Shown: one piece after another, positions 25,603 to 34,002 of the stretch
Layout: every line of letters begins with the position of its first letter
Position numbering within the stretch: position 1 is the stretch's first letter
IMG/VR virus record: IMGVR_UViG_3300044274_000065
Location: 1-38,472 of that record
DNA length: 38,472 bases
Source: a virus
Lineage: Duplodnaviria; Caudoviricetes
Strand: one strand, 5' to 3'
Made by a program: the position numbers and the translations under genes
The notes under the pieces: model-generated
What the model saw: the letters and a program-made list of their open reading frames with translations, nothing else
Told to the model about the DNA's origin: nothing
Database searches by the model: none

Positions 25603-26252
25603 GGGCAGACCCCCGCGCCCCAGCCCGCCCGCTCATACAGCGGTTCCCACCGATGCAGGATGGCCCTGGGGTAGTGACGGTTTTCGCGGAACGCTGCGGC
25701 GGAGCGACCCGCGTTGAATCGCTCCACCGAATTAAACCAGGCGCGCTGGTCGGCCCCGGAAGCCGAGGCGAGCCTTTGGTCTTTGTAGATCCATCCGAGG
25801 CCGCCGTTGTAGGCGGCCAGTGTCATCGCCCACCGTTCGCATGTGGGCGTCGCCTGGATGCGTTGGTACAGCCAGCGGTCATAGAGCACCAGCGCCTGCA
25901 GGGCCCAGCCCGGGCTGTACGGCTGGCGGTCGCCGAGATGGTCGGGGTACAGGTCGGCGAACCAGTCAGACGTCGCGGGCATGAACTGCGCGAGCCCTTC
26001 GGCGCCCACCGGCGATGTTGCATCGTGCCGCCAGGCGCTCTCCTGATGCACCTGGGCGGCCATGGTCGCGATGGGCGCGTCGAGGCCCCAGTGAGCGTGT
26101 GCGGCACGGATCAGGGTGCGCTGGTGGGCGTGGGCAGCCCGTGGGATGTCGTCCGCATAGGCCGGCTGGCAGGCGCTGACCGCAAAGGCCATCACCAGCA
26201 GGGTTAGCATGGCCAGCACCGCGATGTAGCCCCTGCGTTGCACGCGGGTCAT
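25599..26252 (-). CDS. Endolysin, soluble lytic transglycosylase, with N-terminal signal segment
   Basis: AQVHQES catalytic Glu, GAEGLAQFMPAT, LAAYNGG, ENRHYP; hydrophobic N-terminus. Confidence 0.92.
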   Translation of the reverse strand: MTRVQRRGYIAVLAMLTLLVMAFAVSACQPAYADDIPRAAHAHQRTLIRAAHAHWGLDAPIATMAAQVHQESAWRHDATSPVGAEGLAQFMPATSDWFADLYPDHLGDRQPYSPGWALQALVLYDRWLYQRIQATPTCERWAMTLAAYNGGLGWIYKDQRLASASGADQRAWFNSVERFNAGRSAAAFRENRHYPRAILHRWEPLYERAGWGAGVCP

Positions 26253-26254
26253 CG

Positions 26255-26566
26255 CTACAGCCCCAGCGTCAGGCCGAGCACGCACGCCAGGACAATGAGC
26301 GAGCGAGAGACCAGAGCCGCCGCTGCTAGGACGACATACCGAGTTGCCTCATCGCCGGCGGACGCCTTCATGAACTGGTAGATCAGTGTGTGCGGGCGAG
26401 CGTAGGGAAACAGGCTGCGGCCGATCCAGTAGCCGGCAACGGCACCGAGCGCCACCAGCGCGCCCTTGTACAGAACGACGCTTAGTTGCGTCGGGTGGAT
26501 CACCGCGATGGCTATTAGCAGGCCGACAGCGATCATCAGCCAGCCGGTAAGACGAGGGATACGCAT
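26255..26566 (-). CDS. Holin (2-3 TM)
   Basis: MRIPRLTGW...P.QL.V.LYK...AGYWIGRSLFPYARP; first late gene; GGAG SD. Confidence 0.85.
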   Translation of the reverse strand: MRIPRLTGWLMIAVGLLIAIAVIHPTQLSVVLYKGALVALGAVAGYWIGRSLFPYARPHTLIYQFMKASAGDEATRYVVLAAAALVSRSLIVLACVLGLTLGL

Positions 26567-26608
26567 GAGCTTCTCCGGTTTCAAGTATCAGAAAACGACT
26601 ACGCCCCC

Positions 26609-26653
26609 AAAATAGGGGGCGCAGCGGAGAAACTCTTTTGAACGCGGGCAAAA
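26609..26653 (-). promoter_or_regulatory. Late promoter, Plys-like: activator site plus -10 TATTTT
   Basis: TTTTG-AACGCGGG-CAAAA at 26636-26653; -10 21 nt downstream. Confidence 0.82.
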
Positions 26654-26656
26654 CCG

Positions 26657-26986
26657 CTATTTGACGGTCGTCGGCATGTTGATGCGTTGGTGGATCCGGA
26701 TCATCTGGCCGTCAGCATTGAACAGGACGGCCAGCTGCTGGAGGTCGGTGTTCACCGACGTCCCACGAGCGCGAGACTCGACGTACTGCCAGATATAGAG
26801 CTGGTTGCCGTCGCTGGTTGTCACCACCTTGTAGGGCTCGCCCAGCAGCTCGCGCGCTTCGCTCACCGTCGTTTGCCCGGGCTGCAGCTGCTCCACGTTT
26901 TCCGCGCGGAACGGCGTCCCGGACGTGGCCGTGGCGCAGCCAGTGCAAAGCGCCGCGAGCAGCACAGCAGCAGATATCAGTCGCAT
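26657..26986 (-). CDS. Lipoprotein, BamE/SmpA-like (109 aa)
   Basis: MRLISAAVLLAALCTGC lipobox; LQPGQTT..E..ELLGEP, W.Y, L.VLF..DG.M pattern; strong SD. Confidence 0.75.
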   Translation of the reverse strand: MRLISAAVLLAALCTGCATATSGTPFRAENVEQLQPGQTTVSEARELLGEPYKVVTTSDGNQLYIWQYVESRARGTSVNTDLQQLAVLFNADGQMIRIHQRINMPTTVK

Positions 26987-26987
26987 T

Positions 26988-27518
26988 TCAATCCCCCTTT
27001 CCTTGTCGTTTTCGGATGAGTAAGACGGCCCGAATTGCGTCGATGTCAGCGCCGTTCTCCTGCAGTACTCGCTGTTCGACCCGGAGCACGCTGTTCGCCC
27101 ATGTCGCCGCGACCGCGAGTGCGGCAGCGAGCAGCAGGAAGCCGACGACGCTGGCCGGCCCCGGCGATGGGTCAATCCCAATCGCCGCGAGGAACCTATC
27201 ACTGGAGACCAGAAAAAAAGCGGTTACGACCGCCAGTAGTGTGGCGATCTGCTTGTTCATGATGAGCGCCAAGGCCGAGTCACGCCGTTCACGCTGCAAC
27301 CGGGCCAGGCGCCGCCTCAGCTCATCGCTGGAGTATTGGCTCCAGCCGCCGGGCTGGTGGTTCAGGTTGACCGTGAACTGTGGCCCCGTCGAGATACTGC
27401 CGTGATTGTTGCCCCCGATGGAAATCGTGACGTTTCGCGGCTCCACATCGGATGGCAGCTCGTCGGTGTCCTCCTGTAGGCGCTGAATGAATTCATCCAA
27501 ATCCTGCTGACTGCCCAT
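26988..27518 (-). CDS. Hypothetical 2-TM membrane protein (176 aa)
   Basis: GGGAGG SD; acidic N-terminus, ISIGGNNHGSIS motif, two hydrophobic helices; directly downstream of the repressor. Confidence 0.75.
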   Translation of the reverse strand: MGSQQDLDEFIQRLQEDTDELPSDVEPRNVTISIGGNNHGSISTGPQFTVNLNHQPGGWSQYSSDELRRRLARLQRERRDSALALIMNKQIATLLAVVTAFFLVSSDRFLAAIGIDPSPGPASVVGFLLLAAALAVAATWANSVLRVEQRVLQENGADIDAIRAVLLIRKRQGKGD

Positions 27519-27552
27519 ATTCCCTCCCAGGTAGGCGGGAGAGTGGCTGGCG

Positions 27553-28005
27553 CTATTGATTCACGACCAAGCGCATCACCCTCTCCATCTTATTGTCATC
27601 GACGTCGCCGGATTCCTCTTCCAGGAAGTTGTAGACCTCCACCGCCTTCTTGAGCAGCAGCCGCGCCGGCCATTTTTTGCCCTTCCGAGACGCCACCTCT
27701 TCCAGCGCTTCAACGATCCGGGCCATCCGATCGACATCAATCAAACCGGTCAGCGCTGACCGGTTTGGTGATTGGTTCTCATTCTCGCTTTCCTGCCGAA
27801 CTCCCGTGACGACATAGACGATATCCACACCGGCGCCGGAAAGTGCGGAAAGCTGCACCGAGCTGGGCGACGTCGCCCCCTTTTCCCATTCGATCAGGGT
27901 GCGCTTTGAGGCGCCCGCAATGGCGGCAAAGTCAGGCTGGTTAAGGCCCAGGCGCCGCCGTTCGTCGCGCAGACGCCCCCCGATCAATAGTGCAGATTCC
28001 ATCAC
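27553..28005 (-). CDS. Prophage repressor (XRE/HTH_3)
   Basis: IGGRLRDERRRLGLNQPDFA...WEKGATSP...GVDIVYVVTG; divergent from the ner-like gene. Start is GTG 28005 or ATG 28002. Confidence 0.9.
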   Translation of the reverse strand: MMESALLIGGRLRDERRRLGLNQPDFAAIAGASKRTLIEWEKGATSPSSVQLSALSGAGVDIVYVVTGVRQESENENQSPNRSALTGLIDVDRMARIVEALEEVASRKGKKWPARLLLKKAVEVYNFLEEESGDVDDNKMERVMRLVVNQ

Positions 28006-28013
28006 TTTTCCTG

Positions 28014-28044
28014 TTGACGCATGGTGCAGATACCTGCACCATGC
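28014..28044 (+). promoter_or_regulatory. Early promoter (TTGACG-17-CACCAT) overlapped by a palindromic operator
   Basis: GCATGGTGCAG-ATAC-CTGCACCATGC perfect 11-bp inverted repeat at 28019-28044; related GTGCAGATTCCATCAC at 27990-28005. Confidence 0.75.
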
Positions 28045-28095
28045 CTACAAACATCTACTAAACATCTTATAGCAACGGCAGGAGGAGCCACGGGC

Positions 28096-28302
28096 ATGGC
28101 AACCCCGCAATCACTGACACCGGAACAGGTCAAAGAGCGCTTTCGCGCCAAAGGTCTGACCGTTACCCGATGGGCCGAAGAAAACGGCTACCCCCGCAAC
28201 GCGGTCTACCGCGTTCTCAACGGATTCGACAAGGCGCACTACGGCCGCGCCCACGAAATCGCCGTCGCGCTCGGCCTGAAGAGCGAGGCCGCAGCGGCAT
28301 GA
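28096..28302 (+). CDS. Ner/Cro-like DNA-binding protein (BcepMu gp16 type)
   Basis: TPEQVK..F...G.TV..WA.ENGY....VY.VLNG..K..YG.AHEIAV.LGLK; GGAGGAG SD. Confidence 0.9.
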   Translation: MATPQSLTPEQVKERFRAKGLTVTRWAEENGYPRNAVYRVLNGFDKAHYGRAHEIAVALGLKSEAAAA

Positions 28303-28305
28303 GCA

Positions 28306-28626
28306 TCAACGTCGCGCCTTTTCGAACGCACCGCCTTTCTCCAAGAGGCCATAGAGCTGGCTCATTGGGTGAAGCAGGTCAGCCGAAAACCCAACGTCGG
28401 CGCCCTGATCTGCACGCTCATACAGTCTTCGGCGGTGACGCAACCGTGGCTCCAGATCGCGTATCACCGCCGGCGCATGGTCACTCAATACCTGCAGCAG
28501 CTCATTCAGCGCCGCGCATACGCCGGCTGCCGAATCGTCCGCCGCGTCTACCAGCGCCGCCATCTGCTCCATGTGCTCTTCCGCTGCACGTGCCCGCGCT
28601 TCAAGGGCCTCAATCGTGCTCGCCAT
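28306..28626 (-). CDS. Hypothetical protein antisense to the early operon (106 aa)
   Basis: AAGGAG SD before ATG 28626; helical, protein-like sequence MASTIEALEARARAAEEH... Confidence 0.65.
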   Translation of the reverse strand: MASTIEALEARARAAEEHMEQMAALVDAADDSAAGVCAALNELLQVLSDHAPAVIRDLEPRLRHRRRLYERADQGADVGFSADLLHPMSQLYGLLEKGGAFEKARR

Positions 28627-28738
28627 ACGGCGTCTCCTTGCGTCGATTAATGATGCCGGAATTACCGCATAGAGCAACCCTGTTTCACCAGATGCAACAC
28701 CAGGGTTTGTTTGGAAGCCGGTCTGCGGGGTGCTTCCA

Positions 28739-29224
28739 ATGAGCCGCCGCCGCTGGAAAACCCGTGTCCCCACCAGCCTTCGGCAGGCGATGGAGTGGTG
28801 CAAAGAGTACGCCCGCGACGTCCACAACCTGAGCGTGGAGCGGATTGCCGAAGGCATGGGTATGGCCGACCACTGGACGCTCTACAAGTGGCTCCAGAAC
28901 GGCCGCATGCCTGCCGTGATGGTCCCCGCCTACGAACGCACCTGCGGCATCAACTTCGTCAGCCGCTGGCTGGCTGCCAGCGGTGGACGCCTGGTGGTGG
29001 AAATCCCTACCGGCAAAAAGGCCAGCGCCCGCGACGTGATGTCACTCCAGAGCGAGGTGGGGAACGCCATCGCCGCCCTGATCGATTTCTACGAAGGCAA
29101 GACCGAATCCGACGCGACGCTGGCAAAGCTCCAGGGCGCGATGGAAGGCCTGGCCCATCACCACCGCAACGTCGAGCAGCACCGCACCCCGGAGCTGCCG
29201 CTCAACCTGGAGGACGATTCATGA
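28739..29224 (+). CDS. Conserved early protein, probable DNA-binding regulator
   Basis: PTSLRQAME.C...A....LSVERIA..MG...W.LYKW...GRMP; HTH-like. Confidence 0.8.
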   Translation: MSRRRWKTRVPTSLRQAMEWCKEYARDVHNLSVERIAEGMGMADHWTLYKWLQNGRMPAVMVPAYERTCGINFVSRWLAASGGRLVVEIPTGKKASARDVMSLQSEVGNAIAALIDFYEGKTESDATLAKLQGAMEGLAHHHRNVEQHRTPELPLNLEDDS

Positions 29225-29475
29225 GACCGAGCACGTTGAAGCCCGGCCAACCGCTAATGGTGAGCTGCCCACTGGGCGCCGAGTCGCGCGAACGGCGGGC
29301 CTATTTCGTCCGGCGTGAGCCGGCAAGAGGCAAAGGCCAGCCGGCAAAGAACTTCCTGCGTTTCCCCGACTACGCGGGCCTGGACGGGCCGGACGACGAC
29401 GGCACCTGCCAGATCAGCGACTACGAGCTGTCGCGCCGGGCCCGCTATCCGGAGGAGCTGCGCCATGTCAGCTGA
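29221..29475 (+). CDS. Hypothetical early protein (84 aa)
   Basis: ATGA overlap, GGAGG SD; MRPSTLKPGQ... Confidence 0.7.
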   Translation: MRPSTLKPGQPLMVSCPLGAESRERRAYFVRREPARGKGQPAKNFLRFPDYAGLDGPDDDGTCQISDYELSRRARYPEELRHVS

Positions 29476-29767
29476 TAAGGCCACCTATCTGCACAAAGGC
29501 GTGCGCGTTCTGAAGGCGCTGAAGGGGCATACGCTCGCCGGCATGAGCAACCAGGAGCTGTGCCGCGCGACAGACCTCACGCCGTCGGCAATCTCCCGAA
29601 TCATGCAAGTGCTGATCGAGGAAGGCGTGGCCGAGCGACGCCAGGACGGCCGGTTCTCACTCTCGATCGGCATGCTGCAGATCGCGCAGTCCCACGCGAA
29701 CGAGATGCAGCGCGCCCAGGACCGGATCAACGAATTACAAAGCCGAGTCGCCATCGGCGCTCAGTAG
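29465..29767 (+). CDS. IclR-type winged HTH protein
   Basis: RVLKALKGHTLAGMSNQEL......PSAISR....LIEEG.AE; GGAGGAG SD. Confidence 0.82.
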   Translation: MSADKATYLHKGVRVLKALKGHTLAGMSNQELCRATDLTPSAISRIMQVLIEEGVAERRQDGRFSLSIGMLQIAQSHANEMQRAQDRINELQSRVAIGAQ

Positions 29768-29801
29768 TTTCACGTGGAGCCATAGAAGGGGGTCACACCA
29801 C

Positions 29802-30644
29802 ATGACGAAAACGAAGGAAACCAAGGCGGAAGTGCAGCTCAGGAACGAATGGGTAGAGCATTCGCGCGAGATCACTGAAGCCTACCTGGACGGGCAACCC
29901 TACGACCGGCTGCGCCTTGTGAATGAGGCGGGCTGGTGCCTGGCGCAAAGCGCTGAGGCCATGCTGGAAGCCGGCAAGCGCCTGCTGGTCATCCGCGAGC
30001 ATGAACCGCACGGCGAGTTCATTGAGATCGTCGAACAGCGGCTGGGGATGAGCGAGCGCATCGCACGGCGGCTGATGCAGGCGTCCGCGAAGTTCTTGTC
30101 GCCGCGCCTGCAGGGCAAAAGCAAGCAGCTGGCCGCACTCGGGAAAACCAAGCTGTATGAGCTGATGCTGGAAGACGATGACGATCTTGAGGCGCTGGCC
30201 GAGGGCGGCACGATCAACGGCATGACGCTGGACGACATCGACACTATGAGCAGCCGTGAGCTGCGCAAGGCGCTCCGGGAAGCGCGCTCCGACGCGACCG
30301 CCAAGGACGAGGTGATCGCGGATAAGAACAAGAAGCTGGACGATCTCTCGGCGAAGAAGAAGCGCCTCAAGCCCACCACGCCCGACGAGGACAGCAAGGC
30401 CATCAGAATCGAGGCCGCGGATCTCTGTTTCCAGGCCGAGGCGCTGATTCGCGGGCAGGTTCACGAATCCCTCAATGCGGTCCGGGCGCACGGCGAAGAC
30501 AACGGCATCGACGTCGACGCCTGGCTCGCCGGCCAGCTCGACCAGCTCGACCAGGCACTGCTGGAAGCCCGCGAGGACCTCGGCATCCATCGTTCCGTCC
30601 ATGGCCCGGAATGGGAGGGGCACGTCGAGGGGGGCGGCGAATGA
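29802..30644 (+). CDS. DUF3102-like protein upstream of transposase
   Basis: LEAGKRLLVIREHEPHGEF...R.ARRLMQA...LGKTKL.EL. Confidence 0.82.
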   Translation: MTKTKETKAEVQLRNEWVEHSREITEAYLDGQPYDRLRLVNEAGWCLAQSAEAMLEAGKRLLVIREHEPHGEFIEIVEQRLGMSERIARRLMQASAKFLSPRLQGKSKQLAALGKTKLYELMLEDDDDLEALAEGGTINGMTLDDIDTMSSRELRKALREARSDATAKDEVIADKNKKLDDLSAKKKRLKPTTPDEDSKAIRIEAADLCFQAEALIRGQVHESLNAVRAHGEDNGIDVDAWLAGQLDQLDQALLEAREDLGIHRSVHGPEWEGHVEGGGE

Positions 30645-32413
30645 ATCCGGCAATGACCGAACAACTGATGGCGATCGCCCGGCGCGCTGAGAGCGCCGGG
30701 CACGGCCGCAAGAGCCAGATCTACGCCGAGGCCGCTCAGGACATGGGCGTCAGCGTCGCGACGCTGCAGCGCCGGCTCAAGACGGTTTCCGATCGCCCGC
30801 GTCGGCGGCGCCGGAGCGACGCCGGCAATAGCGCGCTGGGCCATGACGAGGCGCGCCAGATCGCCGCGTATCTGATGGAAAGCCAGCGCCGCAACGGCAA
30901 GCGCCTGGCGTCGATCGAGGACGCCGTGGAAGTGCTGCGGGCCAACGGCCAGATCATGGCAGGCCGCGTCGACGAAGAGACCGGCGAATTCCAGCCGCTG
31001 TGCACGGCCACCATCGGCCGGGCCCTGCGCGGCTATGGCCTGCACCCTGAGCAGCTGCGCCGACCGTCGCCGAAGATGAAGCTCGCCAGCAAGCACCCCA
31101 ACCATGTCTGGCAGATCGACCCCTCGCTGTGCGTGCTCTACTACATGCCCTCCAAGGCCGGCCAGGCCCTGCAGGTGATGGAGGAAGACCGCTTCTACAA
31201 GAACAAGCCGGCAAACATTCGGAAGATCGAGAAAGAGCGGGTGTGGCGCTACGTGATCACCGACCACGCCAGCGGCGTGATCTACGTGCATTACGTCCTG
31301 GGCGCTGAAAGCGGTAAGAACCTGGTCGACGCGTTCATTGGCGCCACTCAGAAGCGCCACAGCGAAGATCCGTTCCACGGCATACCGGCGCTGGTGATGG
31401 TGGACCCGGGTTCCGCGAACACCGGCGCCGTCTTCCGCAACCTGTGCCGAGCGCTCGGCGTCCACCTGCAGGTGAACGAACCGGGCAAGCCCTGGGCGAA
31501 AGGCCAGGTCGAGAAAGCCAACGATATCGTCGAGCGTTCGTTCGAGCACCGGATGCGTTTCATGCAGCGGCCGCCGACGTCGCTGGAGGAGATCAATCAG
31601 GCCGCGCACGGCTGGATGCGCTGGTTCAACGCTCTGAAGCCGCACAGCCGCACCGGAAAGCCGCGCTACGCCGTCTGGCAAACGATCACCGAGGAACAGC
31701 TGATCGTGGCGCCGGAGCCGCAGGTGATGCGTGAGCTGGCGGTTAACGCGCCGCTACCACGGAAGGTGACATCGAGCCTGACGATCAGCTATCGCGGCCA
31801 GACGTTCCCGGTCGGCGACATCCCGAACGTCGCGGTTGGCGAGCGGCTGCTGGTGACGCGCAACCCGTGGCGCGATGACGCGGCCCAGGTGATCTACACG
31901 GACGCGGACGGCCGCGAGCGCATGCAAGTCGTCGAGGCCGAGCAGGTGAACGAGTACGGGTTTACCCACGACGCGCCGGTGATCGGCGAAAGCTACCGCG
32001 CCCACGCCGACACTCACGTCGACACCGAGCGCAAGGCCGTGGAACGCCTCGCGATGGACGCGCCCACCGACGAAGCGGCCGCTCAGAGCCGCAAGAAGCA
32101 AGCGACACCGTTCCAGGGCGACGTCGATGCGATGAAGCCCATCACGGACACGCGGCTTCCGGATTACCTGCCCAAGCGCGGCACGGATCTGGATATCCAG
32201 ACGCCGAAGGTCGACCCCCTGCAGCTCAACCACGTCCAGGCCGCCAAGCGCCTGCACAGCCGCCTTGGCGATGCCTGGCGCGGCGGTGAGCACTTCCAGT
32301 GGCTGCAGCAGCGTTACCCGGACGGTGTGCCCGAAGACCAGCTGGAAGCGATCGCGGAGGCGCTCACACAGCGTCCGGCGGCGCCCCTGCGCCTGGTGGG
32401 AGGTGAAGCCTGA
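30641..32413 (+). CDS. Transposase A (DDE, integrase-core family)
   Basis: N-terminal HTH, RRRRSDAG, catalytic D/D/E candidates in WQIDPS, MVDPGS, KGQVEK. Confidence 0.93.
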   Translation: MNPAMTEQLMAIARRAESAGHGRKSQIYAEAAQDMGVSVATLQRRLKTVSDRPRRRRRSDAGNSALGHDEARQIAAYLMESQRRNGKRLASIEDAVEVLRANGQIMAGRVDEETGEFQPLCTATIGRALRGYGLHPEQLRRPSPKMKLASKHPNHVWQIDPSLCVLYYMPSKAGQALQVMEEDRFYKNKPANIRKIEKERVWRYVITDHASGVIYVHYVLGAESGKNLVDAFIGATQKRHSEDPFHGIPALVMVDPGSANTGAVFRNLCRALGVHLQVNEPGKPWAKGQVEKANDIVERSFEHRMRFMQRPPTSLEEINQAAHGWMRWFNALKPHSRTGKPRYAVWQTITEEQLIVAPEPQVMRELAVNAPLPRKVTSSLTISYRGQTFPVGDIPNVAVGERLLVTRNPWRDDAAQVIYTDADGRERMQVVEAEQVNEYGFTHDAPVIGESYRAHADTHVDTERKAVERLAMDAPTDEAAAQSRKKQATPFQGDVDAMKPITDTRLPDYLPKRGTDLDIQTPKVDPLQLNHVQAAKRLHSRLGDAWRGGEHFQWLQQRYPDGVPEDQLEAIAEALTQRPAAPLRLVGGEA

Positions 32414-33564
32414 TGTTGGTGCTCAAACGTGTGCTGCAGGAACGGGGCCTCAGCCAGTCCGGGTTCGCTCGGGAGCTGGATGTGTCACCGGCGACGGTCG
32501 CCCAGCTCGTCAACCACGGCATCTGGCCGAAGCGCCCGACGCCGACCGAAATGAAAGCACGAATCACCGAGATCTTGAGCGGAAGCGGCAGCGTGCCTGC
32601 CGATCTGTTCGAGGAAGATGACCGCGCCCTGGGTAGTGACCAGGACGCGGCCGAAACACCAGACCAATCCAAAGACCTGGAGAACGATATGTTACTACGT
32701 AAGCAAAGCCTCTCACCAGACGCCCGTCGTGCGTTCACCCTGGCGCGCGATCCGTTCGCCGAGGTGCGCAGCTCTGACGAGGTGTTCCTGACCAGCGATT
32801 TCCGCTATGTGCGCGAGAGCCTGCGCCAGACCGCGAAGCACGGCGGCTTCATCGCCGTGGTGGGCGAGTCCGGCGCCGGCAAGTCAACGCTGCGCCGAGA
32901 TCTCGCGGAGTGGATCCACCGCGAGAACGAGCCGGTCATCCTGATCGAGCCCTACGTGCTCGGCATGGAAGACAACGACGTCAAGGGTAAGACCCTGAAG
33001 GCGGGGCACATCGCCGAGGCGATCCTCGCGGCCGTGGCGCCTCGGGACACGCTGAAACAGTCCCCGGAAGCCCGGTTCCGCCAGGTGCACAACGCCCTGC
33101 GTGAATCCCACCGCGCCGGCCACCGGCACGTCCTGGTGATCGAGGAGGCCCACGGCCTGCCGCTGCCTACCCTCAAGCACCTGAAGCGCTTCTTCGAGCT
33201 GGAAGACGGCTTTTCCAAGCTGCTCGGCATTGTGCTGATCGGCCAGCCCGAGCTGGGCCAGAAGCTGGACGAACGCAACCCATCCGTCCGTGAAGTCGTC
33301 CAGCGCTGCGAGGTGGTCACCCTGCGGCCGCTCGACGACGAGCTGGAAGGCTACCTGCGCCACCGCTTCCAGATGGTGAACAAGCCTCTCGACCAGGTGA
33401 TGGACGCCACCGCGATCGATGCGCTGCGCATCAAGCTGGCCGGCCGGGGGCAGTACTCCGTGCTGTACCCGCTCGCCGTGCACAACGTCGTCACAGCCGC
33501 GCTGAACGAAGCCGCGACGCTGGGCATCCCGCATATCACCGCTGACGTGGTCGAGGGGGTGTGA
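32413..33564 (+). CDS. Transposition ATPase B (HTH + ExeA-like AAA)
   Basis: N-terminal XRE HTH; Walker A GESGAGKS; Walker B LVIEEAH; LIGQPEL. Confidence 0.92.
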   Translation: MLVLKRVLQERGLSQSGFARELDVSPATVAQLVNHGIWPKRPTPTEMKARITEILSGSGSVPADLFEEDDRALGSDQDAAETPDQSKDLENDMLLRKQSLSPDARRAFTLARDPFAEVRSSDEVFLTSDFRYVRESLRQTAKHGGFIAVVGESGAGKSTLRRDLAEWIHRENEPVILIEPYVLGMEDNDVKGKTLKAGHIAEAILAAVAPRDTLKQSPEARFRQVHNALRESHRAGHRHVLVIEEAHGLPLPTLKHLKRFFELEDGFSKLLGIVLIGQPELGQKLDERNPSVREVVQRCEVVTLRPLDDELEGYLRHRFQMVNKPLDQVMDATAIDALRIKLAGRGQYSVLYPLAVHNVVTAALNEAATLGIPHITADVVEGV

Positions 33565-33565
33565 C

Positions 33566-33772
33566 ATGGCGAAGTACACGATCGAAATCGAAGACGCGAA
33601 CGGGGCGGTGGTGATCACCGCGACAGGCTGCGCCAAAGAAGGCGAAAAAAGCCATGCCCAGGCCTTGTTGCTGGGAATCCTGTTCTCCGTGAAGCCGCTG
33701 CAGAAGGTGGGTGACGACATGGTTCGGCAAGGCGTCGTCGTCCCCGCTGCCCGCAAACAGACGGTGCACTAG
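33566..33772 (+). CDS. Hypothetical early protein
   Basis: SD and tight packing after B. Confidence 0.7.
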   Translation: MAKYTIEIEDANGAVVITATGCAKEGEKSHAQALLLGILFSVKPLQKVGDDMVRQGVVVPAARKQTVH

Positions 33773-33780
33773 GAGGCCCC

Positions 33781-34002
33781 ATGAGCGAGGTAATCAATAT
33801 CAAGAACAGGCCCGTCTTCCTCCGCTGGACCTTCGCGAACGTATGGATTCGCGGTGAAGAGCTGGAGCTAGCGACATGCGACGAAACCGGGCAGCCGATG
33901 GTGATCCATTGGAAGAGCGGCCGCGCCTGGTTCGGCGACTGGTGTGACCTTGTAGGCCCCGTCGCTCTGCAGCTGCTCGGGGGGGTGTCCGATGGCGATT
34001 GA
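33781..34002 (+). CDS. Hypothetical early protein
   Basis: AGGAGG SD; Trp-rich 73 aa. Confidence 0.7.
   Translation: MSEVINIKNRPVFLRWTFANVWIRGEELELATCDETGQPMVIHWKSGRAWFGDWCDLVGPVALQLLGGVSDGD

Noticed and set aside
1376-26653. Repeated 18-bp motif as CRISPR repeat, invertase site or IS end
   Set aside because: Copies are kilobases apart, co-oriented and each precedes a late operon with an aligned -10; no spacers, invertase or IS transposase.
29793-33756. Long - strand ORFs (286, 406, 290 aa)
   Set aside because: Antisense to DUF3102, transposase A and B; no independent coding signal.
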